Positions 19,027-30,022 of a DNA stretch of 64,000 nt are shown in pieces (within the stretch, counting starts at the first letter, position 1; each line of letters starts with the position of its first letter). Position numbers and translations under genes: made by a program. Under the pieces are notes generated by a model. That model was not told the DNA's origin. It worked only from the letters and a program-made list of their open reading frames with translations, and did no database searches. This DNA is from a bacterium. GTDB lineage: Bacteria > Krumholzibacteriota > Krumholzibacteriia > G020349025. Where the stretch lies: assembly GCA_031362565.1 (NCBI GenBank), contig JANLSU010000103.1:1-64000 (forward strand), read 5' to 3'.

Positions 19027-19371
19027 TTAGGGCTGCGCCGGACCGAGCCACGTGCGCACCGTCTCGAGGTCGGCGCCCTTCAGACGGCGCAGGACCCCGT
19101 CGCGGTGGGCGCGAATCATCTCGGCACGGTCGAACGGCAGGCGGTCGTACAACTTGCCGCCGGGATTGTGGCAGGGCGCACAAGTACGCGCGAGCAGCGG
19201 CCGCACGGTTGCATCGAAGGCCGCGTCGTCCGGAGCTGGTGCGGTCACGAGCGCTGCGGCCGGTGCGGGAACCGGTGCGGATGCGGGTGCCGCTGCCGGT
19301 CCCGCCGAACCCGCACATGCAATGCAGACGACGGCGCCGAAGAGTGCTGCAACGGACGAGATCAGGCGCAT
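19027..19371 (-). CDS. Small exported, possibly lipid-anchored protein with one CxxCH (c-type heme) motif
   Basis: Hydrophobic N-terminus with Cys (VVCIAC), Ala/Pro linker, then FDATVRPLLARTCAPCHNPGG. GGGAG RBS and TATCCT -10 upstream. Confidence 0.6.
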   Translation of the reverse strand: MRLISSVAALFGAVVCIACAGSAGPAAAPASAPVPAPAAALVTAPAPDDAAFDATVRPLLARTCAPCHNPGGKLYDRLPFDRAEMIRAHRDGVLRRLKGADLETVRTWLGPAQP

Positions 19372-19631
19372 GCGGGGCTCCCGGGATCGACGCCGCCCCA
19401 AGGATAGCGCGCCGGAGCATGGAAAAGCGCCCCCGGCGTCGCGGCGCCGGCCCGGTGGCCAACATCGATTCAGGGCCTTCCCGCATCGCCTGGAGTTTTT
19501 CCACGCCAGGCCTCCATCGGCGCACCTGCACTATTTGGATGATCCGTCGCACCTCCAGGCTCATCAACTCTCCGGCGCTTGGGCGGTGTATACGGACGCG
19601 TTCGGCCTGGGCAGTCGCGGTTGTTCCTTCC

Positions 19632-19646
19632 TGGCACATGCCTTGC
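19632..19646 (+). promoter_or_regulatory. Sigma54 (RpoN) -24/-12 promoter
   Basis: Exact TGGCAC-ATGCC-TTGC consensus about 50 nt upstream of the aminotransferase start. Confidence 0.72.
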
Positions 19647-19694
19647 CTTTAGGTATCCGATGCGACCTTCGGACGCCCTCGGACTTGGAGCCTC

Positions 19695-20954
19695 GTGCCG
19701 ATGACGATGACTCTCCGCGCCCAGAACGCCGGTGATCTCGCCTTCTTTGGCGGCCCGCCGGCGTTCGACGTCAAACTGCACGTCGGCCGGCCGAATATCG
19801 GTGCCCGCGACCGGTTGCTCGAGCGCCTGAACGACATCATCGACCGGCGCTGGTTGACCAATAACGGGGTGTATGTGCGCGAGTTCGAAACGCGCGTCGC
19901 GTCACTGCTCGGCGTCAAACATTGCATCGCGATGTGCAACGGCACCGTAGCGCTCGAGATCACCATCCGGGCACTTGGCCTCACGGGCGAAGTCCTCGTG
20001 CCGTCGATGACGTTTGTTGCCACGGCGCATGCCCTCGAATGGCAGGCGATCACCCCGGTTTTTTGCGACATCGATCCCGAGACTCTGACGCTCGATCCGG
20101 CCGACGTCGAACGGCGCGTGACACCGCGCACGAGCGGCATCATCGGTGTGCATCTCTTTGGCCGCGCCTGCGACGTCGGCGCGCTCGAAGACATTGCCGC
20201 CCGGCGCGGCTTGCAATTGATGTTCGATGCATCACACGCCTTCGGAGCCTCGCACCAGGGCGCATTGATTGGGCGGTTTGGCGCTGCAGAGGTCTTCAGC
20301 TTTCACGCCACCAAGTTCGTGAATACGCTGGAAGGCGGCGCCGTAACCACCAACGACGACGACCTTGCCGCCAAGATCCGGCTTATGAAGAACTTCGGAT
20401 TCGCAGGCTACGACGACGTGCGGCACGTGGGCACGAACGGCAAGATGAACGAATTCTCGGCCGCCATGGGGCTCACCTCGCTCGAGGACATGGATGCGGT
20501 CATCGCCGTGAATCGCGCCAATCACGCCTTGTACCGGCAACAACTGGCGGGGCTTCCCGGCGTGACGCTCCGCACCTACAACGAGGCCGAGCGCAACAAC
20601 TACCAGTACATCGTCCTGCAGATCGATGCCGATGCCACCGGCATCCATCGCGACGACATCGTGCGGCTCTTGCACGCCGAGAACATCATCGCGCGGCGCT
20701 ATTTTCATCCCGGCTGTCATCGCATGGAGCCGTATCGAAGCCGCGACGCCTCCGGCATGGATCTGCCCGTCACCGAGCGGGTCACCGAACAGGTGCTCTC
20801 GCTGCCGACCGGAACCGCAGTGGACAGCGACGACATCGGCAAAGTCTGCGACCGGCTTCGGCACATCGCCTTGAATGGACCCGCGTTGAGCCGCCGCATG
20901 CGAAGCGGCACCGAAGGGGGAACGGCATGGATCGCAGCAGGGAGCCAGGCGTGA
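19695..20954 (+). CDS. DegT/DnrJ/EryC1/StrS NDP-aminosugar transaminase (DesI/VioA-like dTDP-4-keto-6-deoxyglucose 4-aminotransferase)
   Basis: LHVGRPNIG, WLTNNG, CNGTVAL, PSMTFVATAHA, FDASHAFG, SFHATKF (PLP Lys), EGGA, GTNGKMNE, RRYFHPGCH, LSLPTG. Confidence 0.9.
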   Translation: MPMTMTLRAQNAGDLAFFGGPPAFDVKLHVGRPNIGARDRLLERLNDIIDRRWLTNNGVYVREFETRVASLLGVKHCIAMCNGTVALEITIRALGLTGEVLVPSMTFVATAHALEWQAITPVFCDIDPETLTLDPADVERRVTPRTSGIIGVHLFGRACDVGALEDIAARRGLQLMFDASHAFGASHQGALIGRFGAAEVFSFHATKFVNTLEGGAVTTNDDDLAAKIRLMKNFGFAGYDDVRHVGTNGKMNEFSAAMGLTSLEDMDAVIAVNRANHALYRQQLAGLPGVTLRTYNEAERNNYQYIVLQIDADATGIHRDDIVRLLHAENIIARRYFHPGCHRMEPYRSRDASGMDLPVTERVTEQVLSLPTGTAVDSDDIGKVCDRLRHIALNGPALSRRMRSGTEGGTAWIAAGSQA

Positions 20955-23900
20955 ATCGCCTCCAGTCACAAGCCAACGACCCGGTGACGGCGGGCGAAAC
21001 CGCGGGTCACATCCGGCTCAATATTGGCTGCGGTACGGCGCCGATTGCCGGCTTTGTGAACCTCGATCGCGAGCCCGGCGGCGACCTGCAAGTCGATGTC
21101 GCCAATGGTCTGCCGTTCGCCGACGCCAGCGTGCAGACGATCTTCAGTGAGCAGTTCATCGAGCAGTTGTCGCAGGGTGATGGCGTGGCGTTTCTGCGCG
21201 AGTGCCGTCGCGTTCTCGTTCCCAATGGCGTGGTGCGCATTGCGACCGTGGATTTCGACGCTCTCATGAGCAAGTATGCGAGCGACTGGCGCGATCAACC
21301 GTGGCTCACGGAGCGCGACTATGGCTTCCTTGCCAACCGGTGCGAGATGCTCAACACGGCGATGCGAGCTGCCGGCCACCACTGGCTCTACAATGAAGAT
21401 GAACTGGTGCGGCTGGCGGCGGAGGCAGGCCTCGCGGTCGGAGTGCGGCGCGCATTCGGCGTCAGCGATGCGACGCAACTTCGCGGCCTTGAACGCCGGG
21501 TCGACTCGAGTCTGATCGTCGAATTCACCAAGGTCGAAGTCCGCGACACGCGCGACGCCCTCGTCAGCATCGTGATCCCGGCCTGCCACCCTGAGTACTT
21601 CCGCGCCAGTCTCGAGAGTGCCCTGCAACAGACTTATTCCAACCTCGAGATCCTCATTGGCGACGACTGCTCGACGGGCGCGATTCAAGCAATCGTGGCA
21701 GAACGTGCGGCGGCCGACCCACGCATTCGTTACATCCGAAATCAACCCACATTGGGTGCCAGCGACAACTTTCGGCACTTGTTCGACCTGGCGCAGGGCA
21801 CCTATATCAAGTTTTTGAACGACGACGATGTATTGCTGCCGGCGTGCGTCGAACGCCTGGTGCGCTGCCTGGAAGAGAATCCCGCTGTGACGCTCGTGAC
21901 ATCGCACCGGCAGCCGGTCGATGCCGCGGGCGCACCGCTCCCGGACGATCCAACAACCGAGCGCCCCGTCACCCAGGACAGCCGGATCGACGGCGTTTCG
22001 CTGGCAAGTGTGATGTTGGAATCGGGCGTGAATCTGGTCGGCGAGCCAACTACGGTCTTGTTTCGCAAGCGCGACCTAGCGAACGTCCAGCCTCACATGC
22101 TGTCCTTCGGCAACCGGCCGGTTGATTGGAACATCGACCTGGCAATGTGGCTGACGCTGCTCGGCCGCGGCGACGCCATCTATCTCATCGATACACTGAG
22201 TTTGTTTCGCCGCCACGAGGACGTGGAACCGTCCAACGCCAAATGGCACGACCGGGCAGTGGCAGCGTGGGAGCAGTTGCGTTTCGACGCGCGGCGCCTG
22301 GGCTTGTGGAATCCGGACCAGCCGCGCACGTTGCGCGCCACGGCCATCGATGCGGGGCCCGAGTGGCGGGACGACGTTGCGGCGTGCGTCCTGAGTGCGG
22401 AAGCCTGTCTCGATGCGGGCGAGTTGGATGCGGCACAAGCGGCGCTCGAGCAAGCGGTCACGCTCTGTTCCAACGATCCGCGCCTGCGGGTCGCGCTTGG
22501 CAACGTGCATTTGCGCCGTGGCGATCAGGAAGCCGCCGCACGCGAACTCCTGGCTGCAACAACCGTCGATCCCTATTACGCGCCGGCGCACGCCGACCTT
22601 GCGGCAGTGCTGTTGTACGCAGATCAGCCCGATCTCGCCGAATCGACCGCGCAACGCGCCCTCGTTCTCGACCCGCACAATCTCACCGCCATGCAGATCT
22701 TGGGTGGCGCGCACCGGGCGCGTGGGCGCTATGTGGAGGCTATCGAAGCCTATGCAGCGATTCTCCGCGTCCGGCCCGAGGACGCCGATACGCTGGTCGA
22801 CGTCGGCAACTGTTGTGCGGAGAGCGGCCACCTACAAGACGCCAAGAGCTTCTACGCGCAAGCGCTGCGCATCGCGCCGGAACACCCGGCCGGGATCGCC
22901 AACCTGCAGGCCGTCGAGGCCGAATTGGCCGGGCGTCCGATGGTGGATGTTTCGATCCTCATCCCGCTCTTCAACCGGCTCGATCTGACGCGCCAATGTC
23001 TCGAGAGCCTCTGGAAGAACACTCCCGAGGGGCGCTACGAAATCGTCATTGTCGACAACGCCTCGTCCGACGGCACGGCGGAATTCTTGCGGCCGTTGCA
23101 GGCGGCGGGGCGCATTCGCGCCCTCATCAACAGCGAGAACGTCGGCTTTGCAGGCGCCAGCAATCAAGCGGCCGCCGCCGCAACCGGCCGGCACTTGCTG
23201 TTCCTGAACAACGATACGGAAGTGAAACCCGGCTGGTTCGAGCCGCTGGTGCGCATTCTGGATACGGATCCGAGCGTGGCGGCTGTCGGCAGCAAGCTTC
23301 TCTTTGCTGATGGCACGCTGCAGCACGCGGGCGTTGTCGTGATCAACGACCGCACCAACAGCCGCGGCTTGTCGCCGTATCATGTTTACTCGCGCGAACC
23401 CGCCGACCTGCCGGTGGCCAACGAAGCGCGCACGTATCAGGTGCTGACCGCCGCCTGTCTGCTCGTTCGCCGCGCCGCCTTCGAATCGGTGGGCGGCTTC
23501 GACACCGGCTATTGGAATGGTTACGAAGACGTCGACCTGTGCTTCAAGCTCCAAGAGCGTGGCTGGCGCCTGGTGTACGAACCGCAGAGCGTCATCATTC
23601 ACTACGAATCGCAGAGTGGGCCAGAACGCTTCCGTCGGGAATCCGCCAACCTCGATCGTCTGCGCGCGACGTGGGCCGGCAAGGTCGCGCCCGACGCCAT
23701 CCTGCAAAGCGACGGCACGTGCGCGCCCGCGAACTCGGGCCGGGTGCGGGAGTATCAGCGGCTCGCGGCCGCGTCCACGGTGGTCGAGCCACCGGCGGGC
23801 AAGCCGGTCGCGTCCGTCGTCATCGTCACGTACAACTCGGCGCGGACGATTCGCGAGTGCTTGGAGAGTGTTCTGCGCCATGCCTCGGTGCCCGTCGAAG

Positions 23901-26176
23901 TCATTGTCGTCGACAACGCATCGCGTGACGCGACCCCGGCAGTGTTGGCGGAGTACGGCAGCCGGATTCAGACTGTTTTGAACACGACGAACGCCGGGTT
24001 CTCCGGCGGCACCAACCAAGGAATTCGTGCGGCAACCGGCGAGCACCTCGTCCTTCTCAACCCGGACACGGTCGTGACGCAGGGTTGGCTCGAAGGGCTC
24101 ATCGGGCAAGTGACGCCCGGGGTCGGTGCGGTTGGGCCGGTCTCGGATTATGTCGCTGCCCTGCAGAAGTACGAACTCTACATGCCGCCGGGCGGACCGG
24201 TGGCGGCGCGCACGGCAGAGTGTGCACGCACCCTCCGTATCGCCAACGCTGGGAAAGGCGTCGAAACCAAGCTGCTCATTGGCTTTTGCATGCTCGTGCC
24301 GCGCGCGGTGTTCGACGACGTGGGCCTCTTGGACGAAGAACTCTTTTTGGGGAACGACGACTTGGATCTCTCCTGGCGGCTTCGCCAGCGCGGCTACCGT
24401 TTGATCGTCGCGACCGACACGTTCGTGCACCACGAGGGCCAGGCCAGTTTCGCGTCCGAGCCGAAGCCCGCGACCGCGCGGCTCGTGCAAGAGAGCACCG
24501 ACGCACTCTTCCGCAAACTCGAGGCACACTACGGCACCGGCAACGTGCCGCTGCCCGCCGACCTCTGGGACATCGACTGGTTTGCGCCTACGGGTGCCGT
24601 ATTCCGGTCCCGCGCCTTGAAGGTGCGTCCCGGGCTCACGAGCATCATCGTGCTCGCCTACAACGGCCTCGAACACACCCAGAAGTGCCTCGAGAGCCTG
24701 GCGGCGCACACCCGCGAGCCGCACGAACTGATCCTGGTCGACAATGGCTCGACCGACGGCACGGTCGAGTACTTGCGCCGCTACGCCAAAGCGCACGAGC
24801 AGGTGCGCGTCGTGTTCAATCGCACCAACCGCGGCTTTGCAGCGGGCAACAATCAGGGGCTCGCCGTCGCGCGCGGCGAGTTCGCGCTCCTTCTCAACAA
24901 CGATACGGTCGTGACCGCCGGTTGGCTGGGCCGGATGCTCCACGTATTGCGGGCCGAGCCACGCACGGGAATCGTCGGTCCGGTTTCGAACTACGTCTCC
25001 GGCCCGCAGCTCGTTCAAGATGCGGCGTACTCCGGACTCGACGCAATGCACGCCTTTGCGGCCACGTGGGCCGCCGAACACGCCGGACAGACCCTGGCCG
25101 TGAATCGCGTCGTCGGCTTCTGCCTGCTGGCGCGGCGCGACGTCATCGAGCAGATCGGCGGCCTCGACGAGCAGTACGGCAGCGGCAACTTCGAGGACGA
25201 TGATTTCTGCATTCGTGCCGCGCTCGCCGGTTATGGGTCGCGGATCGCGCAGGATGTCTTCATTCATCACACCGGCAGCCAGACCTTCAAGGCCGCCAAG
25301 ATCGACTACCGCCAAAGCCTCGAACGCAATTGGGCGTTGTTCAAGAGCAAGTGGGGGATGGCCGCCGATGCACCGATCGAACGCGGCTATCGTTTCCCGA
25401 CCCGCAACGAGCACGGCACCGGGACGTATGTGCGCTTGCCGGTGCTGCGAAACGAACACACATCGGAACTCGACGGCCGCGTTTGGGTGGAGCGCGCGAC
25501 CGCGGTCGCGACCGCCGTCGTCGATGACGGCGCATCGCAACCAGCGGGTGCGGGCTCGCGCCTACCCGTCGTGGTCTTCGGAGCGATCGATCGCACTGAA
25601 GTCACGGCGCAGCTGGAATTGCAGGCCCCGGGCGGGCTCGAAGTCGTTGTCGCGCCGCCGATGCCCGAAGGCACCGTGGCCAAGATGTTGAACGAGAAAC
25701 TGGCCGCAGCGGGCGACAGCCCCGTGCTGCTCTTGAGCGACGGGGTCGTGTTGCCGCCCGGTGTTCTCAAACGCTTGCAAGCGGCGCTCGCACGCGATGC
25801 CAAGCAGGCGGTGGTTGGACCGGTTGCCAATCGCGGCCAGTCGGCCCAGAAGGTCAAGATCGACTACACGGGAACCGGCAAATCCATGCGCCAATTCGCC
25901 GTCCGCCGCGGGCAGCGATTCGCGAAGCAAACGACGAACACCGTCCAACTCGATTCGTTCTGTCTGCTCTTCGACCGCGCCGCGTTCCGGACCATCGGTT
26001 CGCTCCAGGACGACCGGCCCCTGGAGATCGCCCTGGTCGACTATTTCGAACGCGCCGCAGCCGCCGGCAATTCGGTCACGGTCGCCCTCGACGCATACGT
26101 GCACACTGAACCCGTCGCGCCGGGGCATCTGGTGCTTGCCGCGGCAACACACGCTGACGCGGCCCTCGAAGTGTGA
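20927..26176 (+). CDS. Multidomain glycosyltransferase (1749 aa): methyltransferase + GT2 + TPR + 3x GT2 + degenerate GT2
   Basis: RLNIGCG...LPFADASV...ECRRVLVPNG (methyltransferase). Four GT-A domains start VSIVIP / VSILIP / ASVVIV / TSIIVL and carry DD/DN and LNDDD/LNNDT/LNPDT motifs. TPR helices at about 22370-22920. GAAGGGGG RBS precedes ATG 20927 (alternative GTG 20951). Confidence 0.88.
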   Translation: MDRSREPGVNRLQSQANDPVTAGETAGHIRLNIGCGTAPIAGFVNLDREPGGDLQVDVANGLPFADASVQTIFSEQFIEQLSQGDGVAFLRECRRVLVPNGVVRIATVDFDALMSKYASDWRDQPWLTERDYGFLANRCEMLNTAMRAAGHHWLYNEDELVRLAAEAGLAVGVRRAFGVSDATQLRGLERRVDSSLIVEFTKVEVRDTRDALVSIVIPACHPEYFRASLESALQQTYSNLEILIGDDCSTGAIQAIVAERAAADPRIRYIRNQPTLGASDNFRHLFDLAQGTYIKFLNDDDVLLPACVERLVRCLEENPAVTLVTSHRQPVDAAGAPLPDDPTTERPVTQDSRIDGVSLASVMLESGVNLVGEPTTVLFRKRDLANVQPHMLSFGNRPVDWNIDLAMWLTLLGRGDAIYLIDTLSLFRRHEDVEPSNAKWHDRAVAAWEQLRFDARRLGLWNPDQPRTLRATAIDAGPEWRDDVAACVLSAEACLDAGELDAAQAALEQAVTLCSNDPRLRVALGNVHLRRGDQEAAARELLAATTVDPYYAPAHADLAAVLLYADQPDLAESTAQRALVLDPHNLTAMQILGGAHRARGRYVEAIEAYAAILRVRPEDADTLVDVGNCCAESGHLQDAKSFYAQALRIAPEHPAGIANLQAVEAELAGRPMVDVSILIPLFNRLDLTRQCLESLWKNTPEGRYEIVIVDNASSDGTAEFLRPLQAAGRIRALINSENVGFAGASNQAAAAATGRHLLFLNNDTEVKPGWFEPLVRILDTDPSVAAVGSKLLFADGTLQHAGVVVINDRTNSRGLSPYHVYSREPADLPVANEARTYQVLTAACLLVRRAAFESVGGFDTGYWNGYEDVDLCFKLQERGWRLVYEPQSVIIHYESQSGPERFRRESANLDRLRATWAGKVAPDAILQSDGTCAPANSGRVREYQRLAAASTVVEPPAGKPVASVVIVTYNSARTIRECLESVLRHASVPVEVIVVDNASRDATPAVLAEYGSRIQTVLNTTNAGFSGGTNQGIRAATGEHLVLLNPDTVVTQGWLEGLIGQVTPGVGAVGPVSDYVAALQKYELYMPPGGPVAARTAECARTLRIANAGKGVETKLLIGFCMLVPRAVFDDVGLLDEELFLGNDDLDLSWRLRQRGYRLIVATDTFVHHEGQASFASEPKPATARLVQESTDALFRKLEAHYGTGNVPLPADLWDIDWFAPTGAVFRSRALKVRPGLTSIIVLAYNGLEHTQKCLESLAAHTREPHELILVDNGSTDGTVEYLRRYAKAHEQVRVVFNRTNRGFAAGNNQGLAVARGEFALLLNNDTVVTAGWLGRMLHVLRAEPRTGIVGPVSNYVSGPQLVQDAAYSGLDAMHAFAATWAAEHAGQTLAVNRVVGFCLLARRDVIEQIGGLDEQYGSGNFEDDDFCIRAALAGYGSRIAQDVFIHHTGSQTFKAAKIDYRQSLERNWALFKSKWGMAADAPIERGYRFPTRNEHGTGTYVRLPVLRNEHTSELDGRVWVERATAVATAVVDDGASQPAGAGSRLPVVVFGAIDRTEVTAQLELQAPGGLEVVVAPPMPEGTVAKMLNEKLAAAGDSPVLLLSDGVVLPPGVLKRLQAALARDAKQAVVGPVANRGQSAQKVKIDYTGTGKSMRQFAVRRGQRFAKQTTNTVQLDSFCLLFDRAAFRTIGSLQDDRPLEIALVDYFERAAAAGNSVTVALDAYVHTEPVAPGHLVLAAATHADAALEV

Positions 26177-26224
26177 TGGCAAGCGCTCACGGTTGGATAC
26201 CGCGGGTCCTCTCGGCGCTGCGTT

Positions 26225-27742
26225 TCAGAAATCCGCGAGGCTGTCATACAGCCGCCCGAGCAGACGCATACCGTCGGCAATCACCACGAGTTTGACGTTC
26301 TCGTTGCCGACGTGCTGGTTGTTGTCGAAATTGACCAGCGGCAGTCCGACGTAGTGAAAGCCGGCCGCGGCGAAGGAATGCAAGAGCGGCAATGTGCCGC
26401 CGAGGGTCGGATACACGAGGAGCGGTGTTTGAGCCGCTTGCTCGACGGCGTGGATGCCGCGTGCCACGGCGGCGTCGGTCGTATGCATGCGGCCGGCGGC
26501 CACGCCCTCCACATACTCGAGTTCGGCGGCGGGCTCCCATCCCTGGGCTGCTTCGAAGCCCGCCACGTGCCGGCGCAGGGCCTCAAAAACGCGCCGCGGA
26601 TCTTGCGCCGTCACGAGCCGCACTTCGAGAGTCGCCTCGGCCGTATTGGGAACTTGATTTCCCGGCCGCCCGGCGCTCATTTCATTGACCACCAGACCTG
26701 GATGGAAGAGGAGCCGCTCGTAATAGGAGAGAGCCGGATCACCATCGAAGTGGCGGACTCCGAAATGGCGCGCCATGGTTTCTTCTGCCTCGCTGGCGCG
26801 GACCAGCGTCGCACGCTCGGCAGCCGTCGGCGGCTCGACGTCATCCATCAGCCCCTGGATGGTGGGGTTGCCCTTCGCGTCCTTCATGCTCGCGAGCAAC
26901 GCCGCGAGCCGGAATGCGGCGTTGGGCAAGAGTCCATAGTTGCCGCTATGGCCCGAGAGCGTCGCAGTTCGAACGCGGAGCCGCATATGCATGTCACCGC
27001 GCGTGCCGAGGTACACCGACGGGCGCCCGAGCGCATCCATGGGTCCATCGCAAAGCACCAGCAGATCAGCCTGTAAGAGGGCGCGCGAACGCGCCAGTGT
27101 CGCCTCGATATGCGGGCTGCCGGCCTCCTCTTCGCCATCGAGAATGAACTTCAAATTGAGGCGGGCCGCCGCCGGCGTCTTGAGCCACGGCGCGAGTGCC
27201 ATCAAGTGCATCACGATGGGCGCTTTGTCGTCGGCGACGCCGCGCCCGTACAAGCGAGCCGCGGCGATCGCTGCGGCATCGAGGGTTGCCGCGTGGAGGG
27301 TGGTCGCAGTCGCGCCATCGAACGCTCCGGAAACGAGCCGTGGCGCGAAGGGTTCACCGCCGGTTGACTGCCAGTCGCCCTTGCCACCCGTGGGCTGCGT
27401 ATCGTAGTGCAGGTAGAAAAGCACCGTCGGGTGCGATCCAGGCACGCGGCGCTCGGCGAAGACGATCGGGTTCGCGCCGGGCGCGGTGAGAGAATCCTCG
27501 AGCAGCTGGGTTGCGAACCCGAGCGCCGTGAACCGTTCTTGCAACCACGCGGCGGCGGTGCGAACCGCCGCGTGATCGGCACTCGCGCTCGGAATCGCCG
27601 CAAACTGCTCCAACATCCGAACCGCGGTGCGCATGGCGTCGACGTCGACAGGCGGCGCGGCGCGGGCAACCGGCACGGCGGCCGCCCACACCGCAACAAC
27701 CATCGGCAATACGAGCCCGGACGACCGGCGCCGGTTCTGCAT
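26225..27742 (-). CDS. M20/M25/M40 family metallo-dipeptidase, exported
   Basis: LFYLHYDTQP, GRGVADDKAP, DGEEEAGS, GHSGNYG, DNNQHVGNEN. Signal-like N-terminus; TGATG overlap with sod. Confidence 0.88.
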   Translation of the reverse strand: MQNRRRSSGLVLPMVVAVWAAAVPVARAAPPVDVDAMRTAVRMLEQFAAIPSASADHAAVRTAAAWLQERFTALGFATQLLEDSLTAPGANPIVFAERRVPGSHPTVLFYLHYDTQPTGGKGDWQSTGGEPFAPRLVSGAFDGATATTLHAATLDAAAIAAARLYGRGVADDKAPIVMHLMALAPWLKTPAAARLNLKFILDGEEEAGSPHIEATLARSRALLQADLLVLCDGPMDALGRPSVYLGTRGDMHMRLRVRTATLSGHSGNYGLLPNAAFRLAALLASMKDAKGNPTIQGLMDDVEPPTAAERATLVRASEAEETMARHFGVRHFDGDPALSYYERLLFHPGLVVNEMSAGRPGNQVPNTAEATLEVRLVTAQDPRRVFEALRRHVAGFEAAQGWEPAAELEYVEGVAAGRMHTTDAAVARGIHAVEQAAQTPLLVYPTLGGTLPLLHSFAAAGFHYVGLPLVNFDNNQHVGNENVKLVVIADGMRLLGRLYDSLADF

Positions 27743-28389
27743 CACTCGACCTTGCCTGCCACGCGCGCCGCGCCTTCGAGCGCGATGCGCGTGCCGCGAA
27801 TCGCGGTGAAGCGCGCGGCGATGTCGGTCCAATTCCATAGATTCCAGACCGCGTCGAAGAATTCGCCTTTGCGATTCTCGTATTGCAGGTAGTACGCATG
27901 CTCCCACGCGTCGATGACCATGAGCGGCAGGCCGCCCTGCGCCAGGTTCGACTGGTGGTCGTAGATCTGCGTCAGCAACAGGCGCTGGCCGATCGGCTCC
28001 CACACGAGCGCCGCCCAGCCCGAACCCATAACTGTCGTCGCCACTGCGATCATCTGCTGCTTGAAGCGGTCGAAGGTACCGAAGTCCCGGTCGATGGTCT
28101 TGGCAAGGTCGCCGTCGGGGCGGCCGCCGCTGCGCGGCGCCAAGTTTTGCCAAAAGATCGAATGCAAAACGTGTCCCGAGAGATGAAACGCGAGCGCGCG
28201 CTCGAACGCGGCAATGCGGTCGAAGTCGCCCTTCGTGCGCGCTTCTTCCAAGCGCTCGAGCATTTGGTTGGCGTTCTGCACGTAGCCCGCGTGGTGCTTG
28301 CTGTGATGAAGCTCGAGGATGCGGCCCGAGATGTGCGGCTCGAGCGCTCCGTAGTCGTAGCGAAGGTCCGGCAGCGTGTACTGCATCAT
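27742..28389 (-). CDS. sodA: Superoxide dismutase, Fe/Mn family
   Basis: YTLPDLRYDYGALEPHIS, LHHSKHHAGYV, GHVLHSIFW, GSGWA, DAWEHAYYLQY. Metal specificity cannot be determined. Confidence 0.93.
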   Translation of the reverse strand: MMQYTLPDLRYDYGALEPHISGRILELHHSKHHAGYVQNANQMLERLEEARTKGDFDRIAAFERALAFHLSGHVLHSIFWQNLAPRSGGRPDGDLAKTIDRDFGTFDRFKQQMIAVATTVMGSGWAALVWEPIGQRLLLTQIYDHQSNLAQGGLPLMVIDAWEHAYYLQYENRKGEFFDAVWNLWNWTDIAARFTAIRGTRIALEGAARVAGKVE

Positions 28390-28613
28390 GACGATGTCCT
28401 TCCGAACGGTGGTGGTGCGGCGGTCCGCATCGCGATGATCCTATTCTGGCGCCTTCCGGCTCACGAGCGGGGTAACTATTTTGCAACGGCCGGCGCGACA
28501 CGCTGCAGTGCCACCTCGCGGGACACGGGAATGAAGCTTCCGTCATATGGTGCTGGCGCGAAGCGAAACCAACGCGTCTTCGCGCCGTGCGAGCGCTTGT
28601 TCGAGCCACCCGG

Positions 28614-28642
28614 TTGACCTTGCCCGGCGGCGGTCCTAGCCT
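28614..28642 (+). promoter_or_regulatory. Sigma70-type promoter for egtB-cydAB
   Basis: TTGACC-17 nt-TAGCCT; GGGAGG RBS precedes ATG 28698. Confidence 0.6.
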
Positions 28643-28697
28643 GCTTGGGGAACCGGTGGCGGTCTGAGCGCCGGCTGCGGGAAAAGGGAGGCGCCGC

Positions 28698-30011
<1,314 letters not shown>

Positions 30012-30022
30012 AGAAGGACGGC

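Noticed and set aside
19922..20926. ORF-track extension making the glycosyltransferase 2084 aa
   Set aside because: Alternate-frame overlap with the aminotransferase giving Arg-rich nonsense; the RBS supports ATG 20927.
22832..25540. Long antisense ORFs (902 aa here; also 11437-13380, 36573-38771, 57011-58831 and others)
   Set aside because: Shadow ORFs expected opposite or within high-GC3 genes; no motifs or RBS.
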